In this document: positions 11,684-23,979 of the stretch, piece after piece | Layout: each line of letters starts with the position of its first letter | Numbering within the stretch: position 1 is the stretch's first letter | Assembly: GCA_964016885.1 (NCBI GenBank) | Contig: OZ024740.1 | Location: 405,728,001-405,792,000 of the forward strand | DNA: 64,000 nucleotides | From: Eledone cirrhosa | Taxonomy: Eukaryota | Direction: 5' to 3' | Position numbers and translations under genes: made by a program | The notes under the pieces: generated by a model | Seen by the model: the letters and a program-made list of their open reading frames with translations, nothing else | What the model was told of the DNA's origin: nothing | Databases searched by the model: none

Positions 11684-13390
11684 TCATCATCATCATCATC
11701 AACGTTTAACGTCCGTGTTCCACGCTTGCATGGGTTTGGACGGTGGTATTCCCACTTGAGGCAAGAGTGATTGTCTTGCTCGCATAGGACTGTCTGGCAG
11801 GTTTTCTACAGTTGGATGCCCTTCCTAACACCAACCACATTTACAGTGTGGGTCTGGGAGGTTTTTACCGTGTTGCCTATACGGCCACATTACAGCGTGG
11901 ACTGTGTTTTTTTGTCGTGACATCTACACGATCTCATTTGTTTCGGCCTGGATGGCGCGGCACCAACATAACTTTACATAGAACGGGGTGGTGTGGATGG
12001 GGTGGTGGTGGTGGGACGGGGTGTATTTTGTTAGGGATGCCTACTGGCTGTAGTAGGTTTTACTATGTATTTAGGTAAGGCGGGTCTTCTCTGTTACTGA
12101 GTACCGCCAAAGGTCTCGGTCCAGTGACATTGTCTTGGAGAGGTGTAAGTGTGTGAGGTCGGAGTTTATCAGCTCGTCCCAGGTTTTTCTAGGTCTGCCT
12201 ATTCTGTGGCTAGCGTCTATCTTTATTGCCCTGCACTTTGTTATACAGCTATCGACTTTCATGCGCATCACGTGTCCATACCAACGTAGCCTTCTCTCGA
12301 GTAAACAACATCTGATCCCTCTTATTTCTAATTTTTTCCTTAGTTCGTTTATGCTTTGCCGTTCACGTATATTACTGTTACACATCCAGCGGAGCATGCA
12401 AGCTTCGTTCCTTTCTAGTCTGCGTATATCCTCTGCACACAATGCCCAGGTCTCACTGCCATGCAGCATTGCTGTTCGTATGCAGGCATCATACAACCTG
12501 CCTTTCATTTTTAGAGAGAACCCTTTAGCAGCTAATAGTGGTATAAGCTCTCTGAACTTTTTCCAACCAGTTCTGACTCTAGCTACTGTACTTTCAGAGC
12601 ACCCTCCCCCACTGCTGATTTTGTCGCTCAGGTAACGGAAGCTGTCCACTATTTCTATAGAACCCTCTGCGCAATTGAAAGAGCTAGTATTTTGTGGGCA
12701 CTTGCTGCTACTTATTGCACCAGAGCACCGGCCACATGTAAAATCTATGTTCTTATTTAGCTTACCTGTGATCCCACTACACCTTTCATGCACCCATACC
12801 TTGCATTTGGGACATAAAACGGAGTTTCTACCTACGCCTTTCCTACACACTGAGCATGGCCATTTCTCAGAAGGGACCGCCGCCTTATTTTCTTTCCTAC
12901 AAACTAGAACTTTAGTCTTAGCCAGGTTAATTTTTAGTCCTTTTGATTCTAGGCCGTGCTTCCATGTTTGGAATTTCTTCTCTAGCTCGGCCATTGATTC
13001 AGCTATGAGTGTCAGGTCGTCTGCGTATAGGAGTTCCCATGGGCAGCCGGTCTTGAACTCCTCTGTTATAGCCTGAAGGGCAATAATAAATAGTAGGAGG
13101 CTGAGAACAGAGCCCTGATGGACGCCAACTTTTACGCTAAACTCTTCACTATATTCGTTGTTAATTCTAACCTTGCTGACTGTTTCTTTATACATGGCTT
13201 GTATAGCTCTCACAAGCCATTCGTTAACACCTAGTTTTCTAAGAGCCCACCAGATAATGGAACGGGGGACTCTGTCGAAGGCTTTCTCCAAGTCAACAAA
13301 AGCTAAGTAGAGGGGTTTACCTTTAGCTAGGTACTTCTCCTGTAGTTGTCGTACAATGAAAAGAGCGTCTGTGGTACTTTTGCCTGACAC
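11684..13390 (-). mobile_element. 5'-truncated RTE LINE; ORF 12071-13390 uninterrupted
   Basis: RT motifs, PHD finger, 3' UTR and (CAT)n; nearly identical to 4490-6507. Confidence 0.95.
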
Positions 13391-13391
13391 A

Positions 13392-13597
13392 TTTATTAAT
13401 AATAATAATTGTTTCTACTTTTGGCACAAAGCCAGCAATTACTCAGTGTATTACTGGTACTTTATTTTATCGACCCCATAAGGATGAAAGGCAAAGTTAA
13501 CCTCGGCGGGATTTGAACTCAGAATGGCAAGGGCCGTAACTCTATGCGTCAAAGCATGGTGTCCGGTCCTCTACCGATACTGCCAATCCACTGCCCT
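13392..13597 (-). mobile_element. tRNA-derived SINE (family B, (ATT)n tail); further copies at ~22142-22262(+), 22490-22575(+), 27050-27181(-), 36460-36649(-), 56790-56960(-), 58725-58890(-)
   Basis: On - strand GGCAGTGGATTGGCAGTATCGG..box B GAGTTCAAATCC..GTTAACTTTGCCTTTCATCC..GGGTCGATAAAATAAAGTACCAG..GTGCCAAAAGTAGAAACAATT; repeated many times in the window. Confidence 0.8.
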
Positions 13598-14122
13598 TTA
13601 TTAATAATAATAATAATAGTACTTCTTTAATAATTGTGATTCTATATGGTGCAAGTGTGACACATTCCTAGATTACTGTAGATGCAACTGTTTGTCTTTT
13701 AGACATAACAGCAGCAAGCTGTCAAGAGATTTTAAATAATAATAATAATAATGAAATTATTGTGTACAGTGCTCAGGTGCACTACAACTCGTCAAAGGTG
13801 CATGTATAGTACATATAATAATATACAAATGTCAGAGAAGTGAATAGTGTATGAGTCATGATATACATTTGTGTATGTGTATGGAGGGGGAATATTAGGT
13901 GTAGTGTTGGCGAATCTCAGGAAGCATGGAGGTTTTAAAGGATGCAGTGTCTCGACAGCTAATAATTGATTAAAATAACAGATTAAAGTTTAAGCAAAGA
14001 ATCGCTACTTTCACCCTTAACGTGATCTTCTGAAACTAAAAAAAATCAATCTGTGGATGCAGAAGTAAATATTTCGAAAAACATATATATATATATATAT
14101 ATGTAAAGATACATATATATAA

Positions 14123-14530
14123 CATCATCATCAATGTTTTTACATCTATATCTCCACACTTGCATGGCTTGGATGGGTCCTTCTCAGTACAGCATCCCTC
14201 CACTTATTGTAATCCTTTGTCATCTCCTCTGTGAGTCTCAGTGATTCAAGGTCAGCCCTCACAATCTCTGTCCAAGTCTTTCTTGGTCAACCTCTACTGC
14301 AGCGTCCTTCCACTGGCATTTCCTGGCACTTTTTCATCCAACAATCATTTCCATGTGCATCATATGTCCAAACCAATGCAGTTTTCTCTCCTGCACACCA
14401 CCTCTTAAACTCAGTTTCTCCCTCAACACATCCAAACTCTGCCTCTCTCTCACACTTACATTGTACATCCAACAGAGCATGGTTGCTCCATTTCTCTCCA
14501 ATCTATGCATGGCTTGTATCACAGAGGGAC
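14123..14530 (-). mobile_element. Degenerate RTE 3' fragment
   Basis: MHRLERNGATMLCWMYNV..LHWFGHMMHM and (CAT)n tail. Confidence 0.75.
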
Positions 14531-14842
14531 AACTCGTCTAACCCATCCTAGCAAGGAAAATGGATGTTGAATGGTGATGATGATGTGAAGATGACACGCA
14601 TACATATATTATATCATCATTAATGTTTAACATCTATTTTCCATGCTTATATGGGTTAGACAATCTGTCCTGCTCATATATTTCAGCTGGATCCATTTCC
14701 TCCTGCCAACTACTTCACAACATGGACTGGGAGCATCTTTCGTGACACCATCACCCTCTTATAAGAATGTCAAGTGAGTGAAGAAGAGATTAAGTGACAC
14801 TATTTAAATCAATGTCTGTATATGTAATGTTTCAAGTTTTTA

Positions 14843-15695
14843 CAGTCCCAAACACCATTGAGGCCTATTTTGTGTTTTACTCAGTCAGTTTTTAATGTTT
14901 AAACCCATTATATTGTTGAATAGAGCTCGTTGAGATCTTTCTTTTGCACCATTATTTTTCTCTCCCCTCCGGATCAAAAGTTATGGAAAGAAATGAGGAA
15001 AAGGATCAAGTAGAGGATCGTGTTTTGGAGCCAAGAAGAAACAAAAGACAGGGAAATGTTGTTTCTTACACTCCCAAGAAGAAGCATAAAGTTGTGGATA
15101 AACCATTTCTCGAATCTATGCAGTTTCGTGGAAAAAGATCTATCTAGGAGCCTTACTAAGGAGGAGAAGTTGGATATTCTCTCTGTACAAGCTAAATTTC
15201 ATGAGGTCATCTTTTTTCCACCACATCATTCCGATTTGCAGCCGATCGAGCTCGTATCGACCATTGCCAAGGGAGAAGTGGGAAGACAGTACACCACAAA
15301 CACCACCTTCAAGCAAGTGCTGGCTCAACTGTATGCATCATTTCAGAATCTGGTGAGTAAAACAGTCCAAGGATGCATTAACAAGGCTAATTCTCATCTG
15401 AACAAGCTTTACAAGAGCATATTAGAGCCACTGAAGATGATGAAGAGTTCGAAGATGAAGTCAGTGATGGTGGAAGTGATACTTCAGGCAGCAGTGATGA
15501 AGATAACTTCAATAAATGATGAAATACACTACTAATGGCCCTGGTTTCTTTTATTTTCTCTCAAAATCGAAAAACGTTCATAACTTTTGAATCAGAATTG
15601 CGAAACTACCAAACTATAGTTTATTCTACTTGTCAAAGCTATATCTATCTCCTAATAACATCAAAACATTGTGTTAAAAAGATGGTCAAGGACTG
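14843..15695 (+). mobile_element. Internally deleted IS630/Tc1/mariner-superfamily DNA transposon (DDE C-terminal fragment)
   Basis: ORF 15020-15535 contains HEVIFFPPHHSDLQPIELV (cf. PPYSPDLNPIE, catalytic E); possible degenerate TIRs TA-CAGTCC..ACCAT at 14843 and ATGGT..GGACTG-TTA at 15695. Confidence 0.7.
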
Positions 15696-15839
15696 TTAGT
15701 AGAATCACGATTATTATACTTAAAGATATCCTGTTGAGAAAATGTCAGTATCAAGAATGAAAGTATTTAATAGTGAAAATATTATGACTACTTCACCATT
15801 TCAAAGTATTTTTTATCAGTTTCCAGAAAATAAAAAAAA

Positions 15840-16120
15840 ACATCCTTCACTTTTCCTAGTTCGTCAAAAACAGCATACGATCCCTCAATGAATGCCTCCT
15901 TGAGGTGCTGCTTGATCTTCTCTGCATTTAGTTAGTGTACCTGGTCCATCTCGAGGTACAACACCTGTGTGTTACCCTCAAGATGCAGTGTTATGAGGCC
16001 TGCCACATCCCTTGTAATGTAGCAACAAATTTCATCTTTCTAATCCAGGTAATAACATCTCTCTCACTGCTGAAGGCCTTAATTGTGTTACTACTGGTTC
16101 TCATCTTTGTCACCATATCT
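15840..16120 (-). mobile_element. Degenerate Ty3/Gypsy gag N-terminal fragment
   Basis: Manual minus-strand translation across a frameshift and a stop: IKAFSSERDVITWIRKMKFVATLQG / LHLEGNTQVLYLEMDQ.*LNAEKIKQHLKEAF resembles invertebrate Gypsy capsid N-termini. Confidence 0.5.
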
Positions 16121-16312
16121 TCTGCAAATCAGAGAAAGTAAATAATAAAAATAAAAAACACGCTGCCGAAGTAGCTTGTCATAGAAGTGAAGGAACCTTT
16201 GCATCTCCACTTGTGTCTGGACTGAATCTCTCTAAGTGATGCTTACCTGTTTCACGTCTGGCCAGAGAGCATGGCAAAACTCACACACTCATCACAAAAC
16301 GTACGTACTCTG

Positions 16313-19092
16313 CTGCAGCACATGGACCAAGACTTAGGTCCAGCCTGCACTTCCAATGTGACGTCACTGGCCCCATGGACCAAGACAGGTCCAGCCAGCA
16401 CTTCCAATGTGACGTCACTGGCCCCATGGACCAAGACTTAGGTCCAGCCTGCACTTCCAATGTGACGTCACTGGCCCCCATGGACCAAGACTTAGGTCCA
16501 GCCTGCACTTCCAATGTGACATCACTGCAGCACATGGACCAAGACTTAGGTCCAGCCTGCACTTCCAATGTGACGTCACTGGCCCCATGGACCAAGACTT
16601 AGGTCCAGCCTGCACTTCCAATGTGACATCACTGGCCCCATGGACCAAGACAGAGGTCCAGCCTGCACTTCCCATGTGACGTCACTGGCCCCATGGACCA
16701 AGACAGAGGTCCAGCCTGCACTTCCAATGTGACGTCACTGCAGCACATGGACCAAGACAGAGATCCAGCCTGCACTTCCAATGTGACGTCACTGGCCCCC
16801 ATGGACCAAGACTTAGGTCCAGCCTGCACTTCCAATGTGACATCACTGCAGCACATGGACCAAGACTTAGGTCCAGCCTGCACTTCCAATGTGACGTCAC
16901 TGGCCCCCATGGACCAAGACTTAGGTCCAGCCTGCACTTCCAATGTGACATCACTGCAGCACATGGACCAAGACTTAGGTCCAGCCTGCACTTCCAATGT
17001 GACGTCACTGGCCCCCATGGACCAAGACTTAGGTCCAGCCTGCACTTCCAATGTGACATCACTGCAGCACATGGACCAAGACTTAGGTCCAGCCTGCACT
17101 TCCAATGTGACGTCACTGGCCCCCATGGACCAAGACTTAGGTCCAGCCTGCACTTCCAATGTGACATCACTGCAGCACATGGACCAAGACTTAGGTCCAG
17201 CCTGCACTTCCAATGTGACGTCACTGGCCCCATGGACCAAGACAGAGGTCCAGCCTGCACTTCCAATGTGACATCACTGGCCCCATGGACCAAGACAGAG
17301 GTCCAGCCTGCACTTCCCATGTGACGTCACTGGCCCCATGGACCAAGACAGATGTCCAGCCTGCACTTCCAATGTGACGTCACTGGCCCCCATGGACCAA
17401 GACAGAGATCCAGCCTGCACTTCCAATGTGACGTCACTGCAGCACATGGACCAAGACAGAGGTCCAGCCTGCACTTCCAATGTGATGTCACTGGCCCCAT
17501 GGACCAAGACAGAGGTCCAGCCAGCACTTCCAATGTGACGTCACTGGCCCCATGGACCAAGACAGAGGTCCAGCCAGCACTTCCAATGTGACGTCACTGG
17601 CCCCATGGACCAAGACAGAGGTCCAGCCTGCACTTCCAATGTGACGTCACTGGCCCCATGGACCAAGACAGAGGTCCAGCCTGCACTTCCAATGTGATGT
17701 CACTGGCCCCATGGACCAAGACAGAGGTCCAGCCAGCACTTCCAATGTGACGTCACTGGCCCCATGGACCAAGACTTAGGTCCAGCCTGCACTTCCAATG
17801 TGACGTCACTGGCCCCATGGACCAAGACAGAGGTCCTGCCAGCACTTCCAATGTGACATCACTGGCCCCATGGACCAAGACAGAGGTCCAGCCAGCACTT
17901 CCAATGTGACGTCACTGGCCCCATGGACCAAGACAGAGGTCCAGCCAGCACTTCCAATGTGACGTCACTGGCCCCATGGACCAAGACTTAGGTCCAGCCT
18001 GCACTTCCAATGTGACGTCACTGGCCCCATGGACCAAGACAGAGGTCCAGCCTGCACTTCCAATGTGATGTCACTGGCCCCATGGACCAAGACAGAGGTC
18101 CAGCCAGCACTTCCAATGTGACGTCACTGGCCCCATGGACCAAGACAGAGGTCCAGCCAGCACTTCCAATGTGACGTCACTGGCCCCATGGACCAAGACT
18201 TAGGTCCAGCCTGCACTTCCAATGTGACGTCACTGGCCCCATGGACCAAGACAGAGGTCCAGCCAGCACTTCCAATGTGACGTCACTGGCCCCATGGACC
18301 AAGACAGAGGTCCAGCCAGCACTTCCAATGTGACGTCACTGGCCCCATGGACCAAGACTTAGGTCCAGCCTGCACTTCCAATGTGACGTCACTGGCCCCA
18401 TGGACCAAGACAGAGGTCCAGCCAGCACTTCCAATGTGACGTCACTGGCCCCATGGACCAAGACAGAGGTCCAGCCAGCACTTCCAATGTGACGTCACTG
18501 GCCCCATGGACCAAGACAGAGGTCCAGCCAGCACTTCCAATGTGACGTCACTGGCCCCATGGACCAAGACAGAGGTCCAGCCAGCACTTCCAATGTGACG
18601 TCACTGGCCCCATGGACCAAGACAGAGGTCCAGCCTGCACTTCCAATGTGACGTCACTGCAGCACATGGACCAAGACAGAGGTCCAGCCAGCACTTCCAA
18701 TGTGACGTCACTGGCCCCATGGACCAAGACTTAGGTCCAGCCTGCACTTCAAATGTGACGTCACTGCAGCACATGGACCAAGACAGAGGTCCAGCCAGCA
18801 CTTCCAATGTGACGTCACTGGCCCCATGGACCAAGACAGAGGTCCAGCCTGCACTTCCAATGTGACGTCACTGCAGCACATGGACCAAGACAGAGGTCCA
18901 GCCAGCACTTCCAATGTGACGTCACTGGCCCCATGGACCAAGACAGAGGTCCAGCCAGCACTTCCAATGTGACGTCACTGGCCCCATGGACCAAGACAGA
19001 GGTCCAGCCAGCACTTCCAATGTGACGTCACTGCAACACATGGACAAACACGGAGGTCCAGCCTGCACCTCCAATGTGACGTCACTGGCCCC
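16313..19092. repeat. 53/54-bp minisatellite, ~52 copies
   Basis: Unit CATGGACCAAGAC(AG/TT)AGGTCCAGCC(T/A)GCACTTCCAATGTGACGTCACTG(GCCC/CAGCA); a 108-bp dimer periodicity is visible at ~16790-17220. Confidence 0.97.
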
Positions 19093-19224
19093 TCATTTCT
19101 GACAAGACTTCCCCTGCACTTCTGGCTCCCTAGCTCCACACTTTCTTTCATTGTTTAATTGCCTCTTTTTTTTTTCTTATTTACACTCTCTTTTTTTGTT
19201 TCCTTATTGCCATATATAGTGTAT

Positions 19225-19250
19225 AGTAGTAGTAGTAGTAGTAGTAGTAG

Positions 19251-19325
<75 letters not shown>

Positions 19326-19357
19326 GTGGTGGTGGTGGTGGTGGTGGTGGTGGTGGT
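19225..19357. repeat. Compound trinucleotide microsatellite (TAG)n(TTG)n(CTG)n(GTG)n
   Basis: Four abutting pure triplet tracts. Confidence 0.95.
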
Positions 19358-20097
19358 TTTATCTTCCGAAACACCAAAATTTCTTTGTGCAAATCCAAGC
19401 AGTTTTAGAGTTGCCCACAAAACATATTGTTGCTCTGCAAATCATTTTAAAAATTATTTTTATTATTGGTTATTGATTTTTATCATAGGCATAGAACATT
19501 ACCATGTTCGAGGTTGTGCTGTTTCTTTTAATCTACAATTTATAGGCAAAGAAAAATAAAATCTTGAGACACGGCGAAAAGCACCCAGCACACACTGTAA
19601 ATGTGGTTGGTGTTAAGAAGGGCATCCAGCCGTAGAAACCTACCCAGAAACAGTCCTATATGAACAAGACACGGTTACCCGACCCAATTTGCCTCTAATA
19701 AGACAAACCCGTCTAACCCGTGCTAGCATGGAAAATAGACGTTAAATGACGTTAATAATGCTGATGAAATTATAATATATGTATGTAACTTCTTTAATTA
19801 CATCCGTGCATGGGTCCTCAACTCAAACGATAAATGCGAATCAGCGAGGTGGGATGGGGGGGGGGGGGGGCTTCTACGTGGTCATTTTGGCCTATTAAAA
19901 GTAGCAGCTAAAAATCACACTCTGTCTTCTTAAAAAAAATAAAGGAGACGCACTAGATAAAGTAACCCCACATATACTATATCTGAAAATAAGACGAAAT
20001 GGTCACAACTGGAAATCATTTTACCACACGTATGCTTAACTAGGGCTAAACAATAACAACCATCAATGCGGCTTCGTCAAAACGTCAACATCACTTA

Positions 20098-20247
20098 ATC
20101 CAATAGGTGTGTGATGTAGCTCTACTTCCATTGGTTGAAATTCTTAACCACGTGGCCATCTTATAAAATTGCATAATAGAAATCCAATTTGGTCGTCATT
20201 CAGTTGCCCGACTTCTGTATATAAGGAATTGAATAAGTCAGGTAGGT
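20098..20247 (+). promoter_or_regulatory. Candidate AASS promoter and short non-coding first exon (~20198-20241)
   Basis: CCAAT (20100), ATTGG (20130), E-box CACGTG (20149), TATAAAA (20162), Inr-like TCATTC/TCAGTT (20196-20205), donor CAG|GTAGGT at 20241/20242; the ATG-containing exon has its own acceptor, so an upstream exon is required. Confidence 0.4.
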
Positions 20248-22799
20248 GTGCTACTTTTGGTTTGAAATTGTTTATATTTCAACTTCAGTCAATTAAAGTG
20301 CGTTGATAATGAAAAGTCTATTCGTTAATTTGTTTCGTTTTGCTTTATGAATATTGTTTATTTGACTATTGCATCCCTTAGATAGTGTTAAACCCCGATT
20401 CAAATTATTTATTGATTTTACAAATATTGTGTTACATATAGCCCCTGGTCAGCCCTGATTGAACTGACCTATTACCAAAAATGTTCCAGGCATGATCGTG
20501 TTTTTTTTTTTTTTTTTTTGTACAGTTACGACTACATTGACCAATGTGCCCTTTGTGAAGAACTAAGGGTCAAATTAAACTGCTTCCTCGTTGCTTTGGC
20601 AATATTAAAATATAATTTTTTGCCCAGCTCACATCTTGGTTTTGATTTCGATTCCCTGTTGGAACTATTTCATTTTAAGTGGTTGGTTTCTCCCGATGCT
20701 TTAAATACATACCTAAGAAGTCATTTCTGTGTTTAATTAGTGCGTGTAGAAAAAGGATGGAAAATTAGTCTCTAATTTTGCGGAGAATAATTTTAACATT
20801 GAGGGTTATTCAAATTTTCCGTATTTTCATGTCTCTTCATCATTCATTACATTTATGGTGAATTATTCATTACAGCGATAGATAACAAATGTTACATCCA
20901 GTATGGATTTCTATAATTACAACGAAACCACACATTTCAATATTGATTTTCAACATAGACACCAAGCCTCAATTTTTGTGGTAATCGTATAATCGACAAC
21001 CCCGAAATGATTCTGCCAACTAACACATTTCCATATAGCCGAGTTTTTTTCCTTGCATCTCATTGTCTTCCCGTCACTCACACACACTATCCTACTTGCT
21101 AGTAGCCTGTTGGCTTGTTTATTTAAAAAAAAAATGAAATAAAATAAACGTCGACAGAAAGTTTATGTTAGATAGATTTCACAATTACCGCTCGTTCTTC
21201 ACATTCTTTCGGTTTTCGGCTTTTAATGTTATTTCTAGATAATTAAATATTTATCCTTAGTTCTTGCTCAATGAACTTTTCTTTTATATGTTTTTAGTTC
21301 TGTATATCTATTGTTCAAGAAAATATTACATCTAAGGACGGGTACGGACAAAAGGGTCACCTCCACATGTTTTTAACGTATCATTTGTCCGAGAATCTTT
21401 TTTAGTTTTGAATTTAGAAACTAAACATGTCTTTCTATTGTATAGAGACGTAAACACCGATGGAATTTTCCGATCATGTAATAGTCTTCAATAAATAGCA
21501 AGAACTGCTTGTTATTGATATTTATTGCAGTTTCTGGTATGTGAGAAACCACTGATTACTTTGTATAAGAAATGAAATAATTTTTATCGTGTTCAGAAAG
21601 AGAACGAATTTGGTTAAAAAATAATAAAAAATTAACTGCACTTTTTACATTTCGAGGTTGAGCTAACATAAACAATTTTCAGTAATCCGTTTATAATGCG
21701 AAATTAACCCCTTTAGCTCACATATGATCAGTTTAGGACTAATTAATTTTAAAATATGTTATTTTTGTATTGTACTCGAGAAAGCACAAAAAATAATCTT
21801 TCTTAGATAAAACTAAAATTCAAAGCGTTATCAAGCCACATTTTCAAAAAGACTTTGCATTGAAAGAATATTTTTCTTACTATTTTTTCATTACATAAAG
21901 TTGAAATAACCTCAAGTTATTCGTTTATTCATTTCTCCCGCCTCTGAATATCATCAACATAATTACTTCTCACTGTCTACTTTGTACGAATGCGAGTTAG
22001 ACCTAACAAGTGAAAGATGGACACTTCACATTTTATATGGTTTCATTTTTCTGTATAGTTGTGTTGACATATATCACGTTGGTTCGCTACTATGTCTTAG
22101 CATGTTTGGTTCATACATGTGTGTACATTATATAGTATTATTTACGGCCCTTGCCATTCTGAGTTCAAATTCCGTCGAGGTTAACTTTGCCTTTCATCCT
22201 TACGGGGTCGATAAAATAAAGTACATAATTGCTGGCCTTGTGCCAAAAGTAGAAACAATTATTTACTGGACGGCGTGTCAGAAGCAAATCAATAGTTTTC
22301 ACCTGAATAAGATTATATTTTCTGTTGGATTTAAAAGTTGAAATAATTCATTTAATTTTTTTTTATTTCCACTATTTATTCCTTCTTCCACTTACCAACG
22401 TTGTCATATAGACAAGTTAGATTGTAAGCCTACATCCACAATTATTCAAGGCACCATTCATTTTTTCGGCAACTCAGTTATATTATTATCATCCTTACGG
22501 GGTCGATAAAATAAAGTACCAGTAATGCTCTGGGTAATTGCTGGCCTTGTGCCAAAAGTAGAAACAATTATTATTAGATATATACAGAAATTTGAATTAA
22601 AAAGAAAATCTGTGCTATAAAACTGCGATAGCTTGGAATAATTCTTTCTTAACATTAATGGTAATTTTTTGTTATCGAAATTATATAGACGGCACAAATT
22701 AAAAAGACTATTGAAAATTTCAATTTAATTTAACTTATCTAAACGGTGTAATTCCGAATTGAGATATTCCTAAGTTGTATTTCCTCAGAGTTGGTCCCT

Positions 22800-23420
22800 C
22801 TTACAGATTCTCGTCGTCTCTCCAACGCTTTGACTATTTAATCTTCAGTGAGGCCTGGTCAATGTCCGACTCTCCAGAGTCCTGCGACTAGTCTGCCTTG
22901 CCCAAACGGTTTGGAGGTCTCGGTCTGCGTAAATGCTAACCTTCCTTTCTTTCCTCCCTCATTGGTGGGTGACATCCTTTCCTTTCCAACATGGACTAGT
23001 TCCACCAGGGAGATGGATGAAGCTTTACTACAGTGGAGAGAGCTGGGGTTGTCAGTTCTCGATACTGATGAGGATATATGGAAGCAGAGAGTATGGGACA
23101 ATCTGCATTCGAATGAAACTTTTAACTCTGTCTTTGATCATTCTGATCAATTTTCTAAGTGCCACCTTTCTGCAAGTACAAAGTTCTCGGGGGCCTGGAT
23201 TGATGCCCTGTCTGACACCAACATTAGTGGTCTTCACAGTCTGGACGAACTTTACATCTCCATTGACCTCTGAGTGGGAGCCAATGTCTGTGGTAGGTCC
23301 TTCGATTCCACATGCCTCCTTGTTTTATCCTGCTGCCTGAATACGGGTCGCTTTGCCCACCACACCAAGCTAAACCTGATCATTAAGCGGGTCCTAGCTC
23401 GGATAAATATCCCCTCATAT
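22800..23420 (+). mobile_element. Degenerate non-LTR retrotransposon C-terminal fragment (CRE-like, restriction-like-endonuclease type)
   Basis: KQRVWD..SGAWIDAL..LDELYISIDL*VG and GRFAHHTKLNLIIKRVLARINIPS resemble the SGAWL..LRLG / GR..RH..LN..KRAL..IPS segments of CRE-clade ORFs; contains stops and frameshifts. Confidence 0.55.
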
Positions 23421-23979
23421 CAACAGTGACTGTCCATATGTGAATTCTCAAGTTTAGTATAACAAATAGATAGCTCTACTCCACAGGCACCTGTTCTGAT
23501 ACTGTGTTGTCTAGTTGAGGGTAATAACCACCACCATCTGGGGTGGGTTAACCATTAAGCAAAATAAGCACATGCTTGGAGCATCAAGAGAAGAGGGGCA
23601 CCATTTTATTGAAATTAATTGTATTTGTCATTCCCTCATTTATTTTTTTAGCACTCTTTATATACGGGGGTCATCATGGTCTTATCAATGCTAAGGACAA
23701 CAAAAGGACTTAATTAGGCCCTATCCACTATGATAATTAACTGTATCAGTTAGGTTCTACACCTGCTTTTCTTATCGCTAGTCAGATGTGAGTAGAATAT
23801 TTGTCTTTATGACCAAGTTTTCTTCTTTCATTGGATATGCTCAATCTGAGATGTGAAAGATAAAATCGTGTGGGGTTTGAACTCGGAACCAATATAAATA
23901 TAAAACTCTTTAAGCTTTAAACTTTGGAGTTAATTATTTACAAAGGTATTGACATAGGAGCTTCCAATATTAACTTTTT

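Noticed and set aside
15930-16250. Apparent minus-strand exons (acceptor near 16122, donor CAG|GTAAGC near 16247) of a divergent gene
   Set aside because: The reading frame has a stop and a frameshift and resembles decayed Gypsy gag; no host protein is recognisable.
16252-18941. Repetitive ORFs over the 53-bp array, and a possible CRISPR-like array
   Set aside because: These are translations of a tandem repeat. There are no unique spacers or cas genes, and the context is eukaryotic.
21330-21860. Possible DNA-transposon terminal fragment starting GGGTACGGACAAAAGGGTCAC
   Set aside because: No matching inverted end or second copy found in the window.
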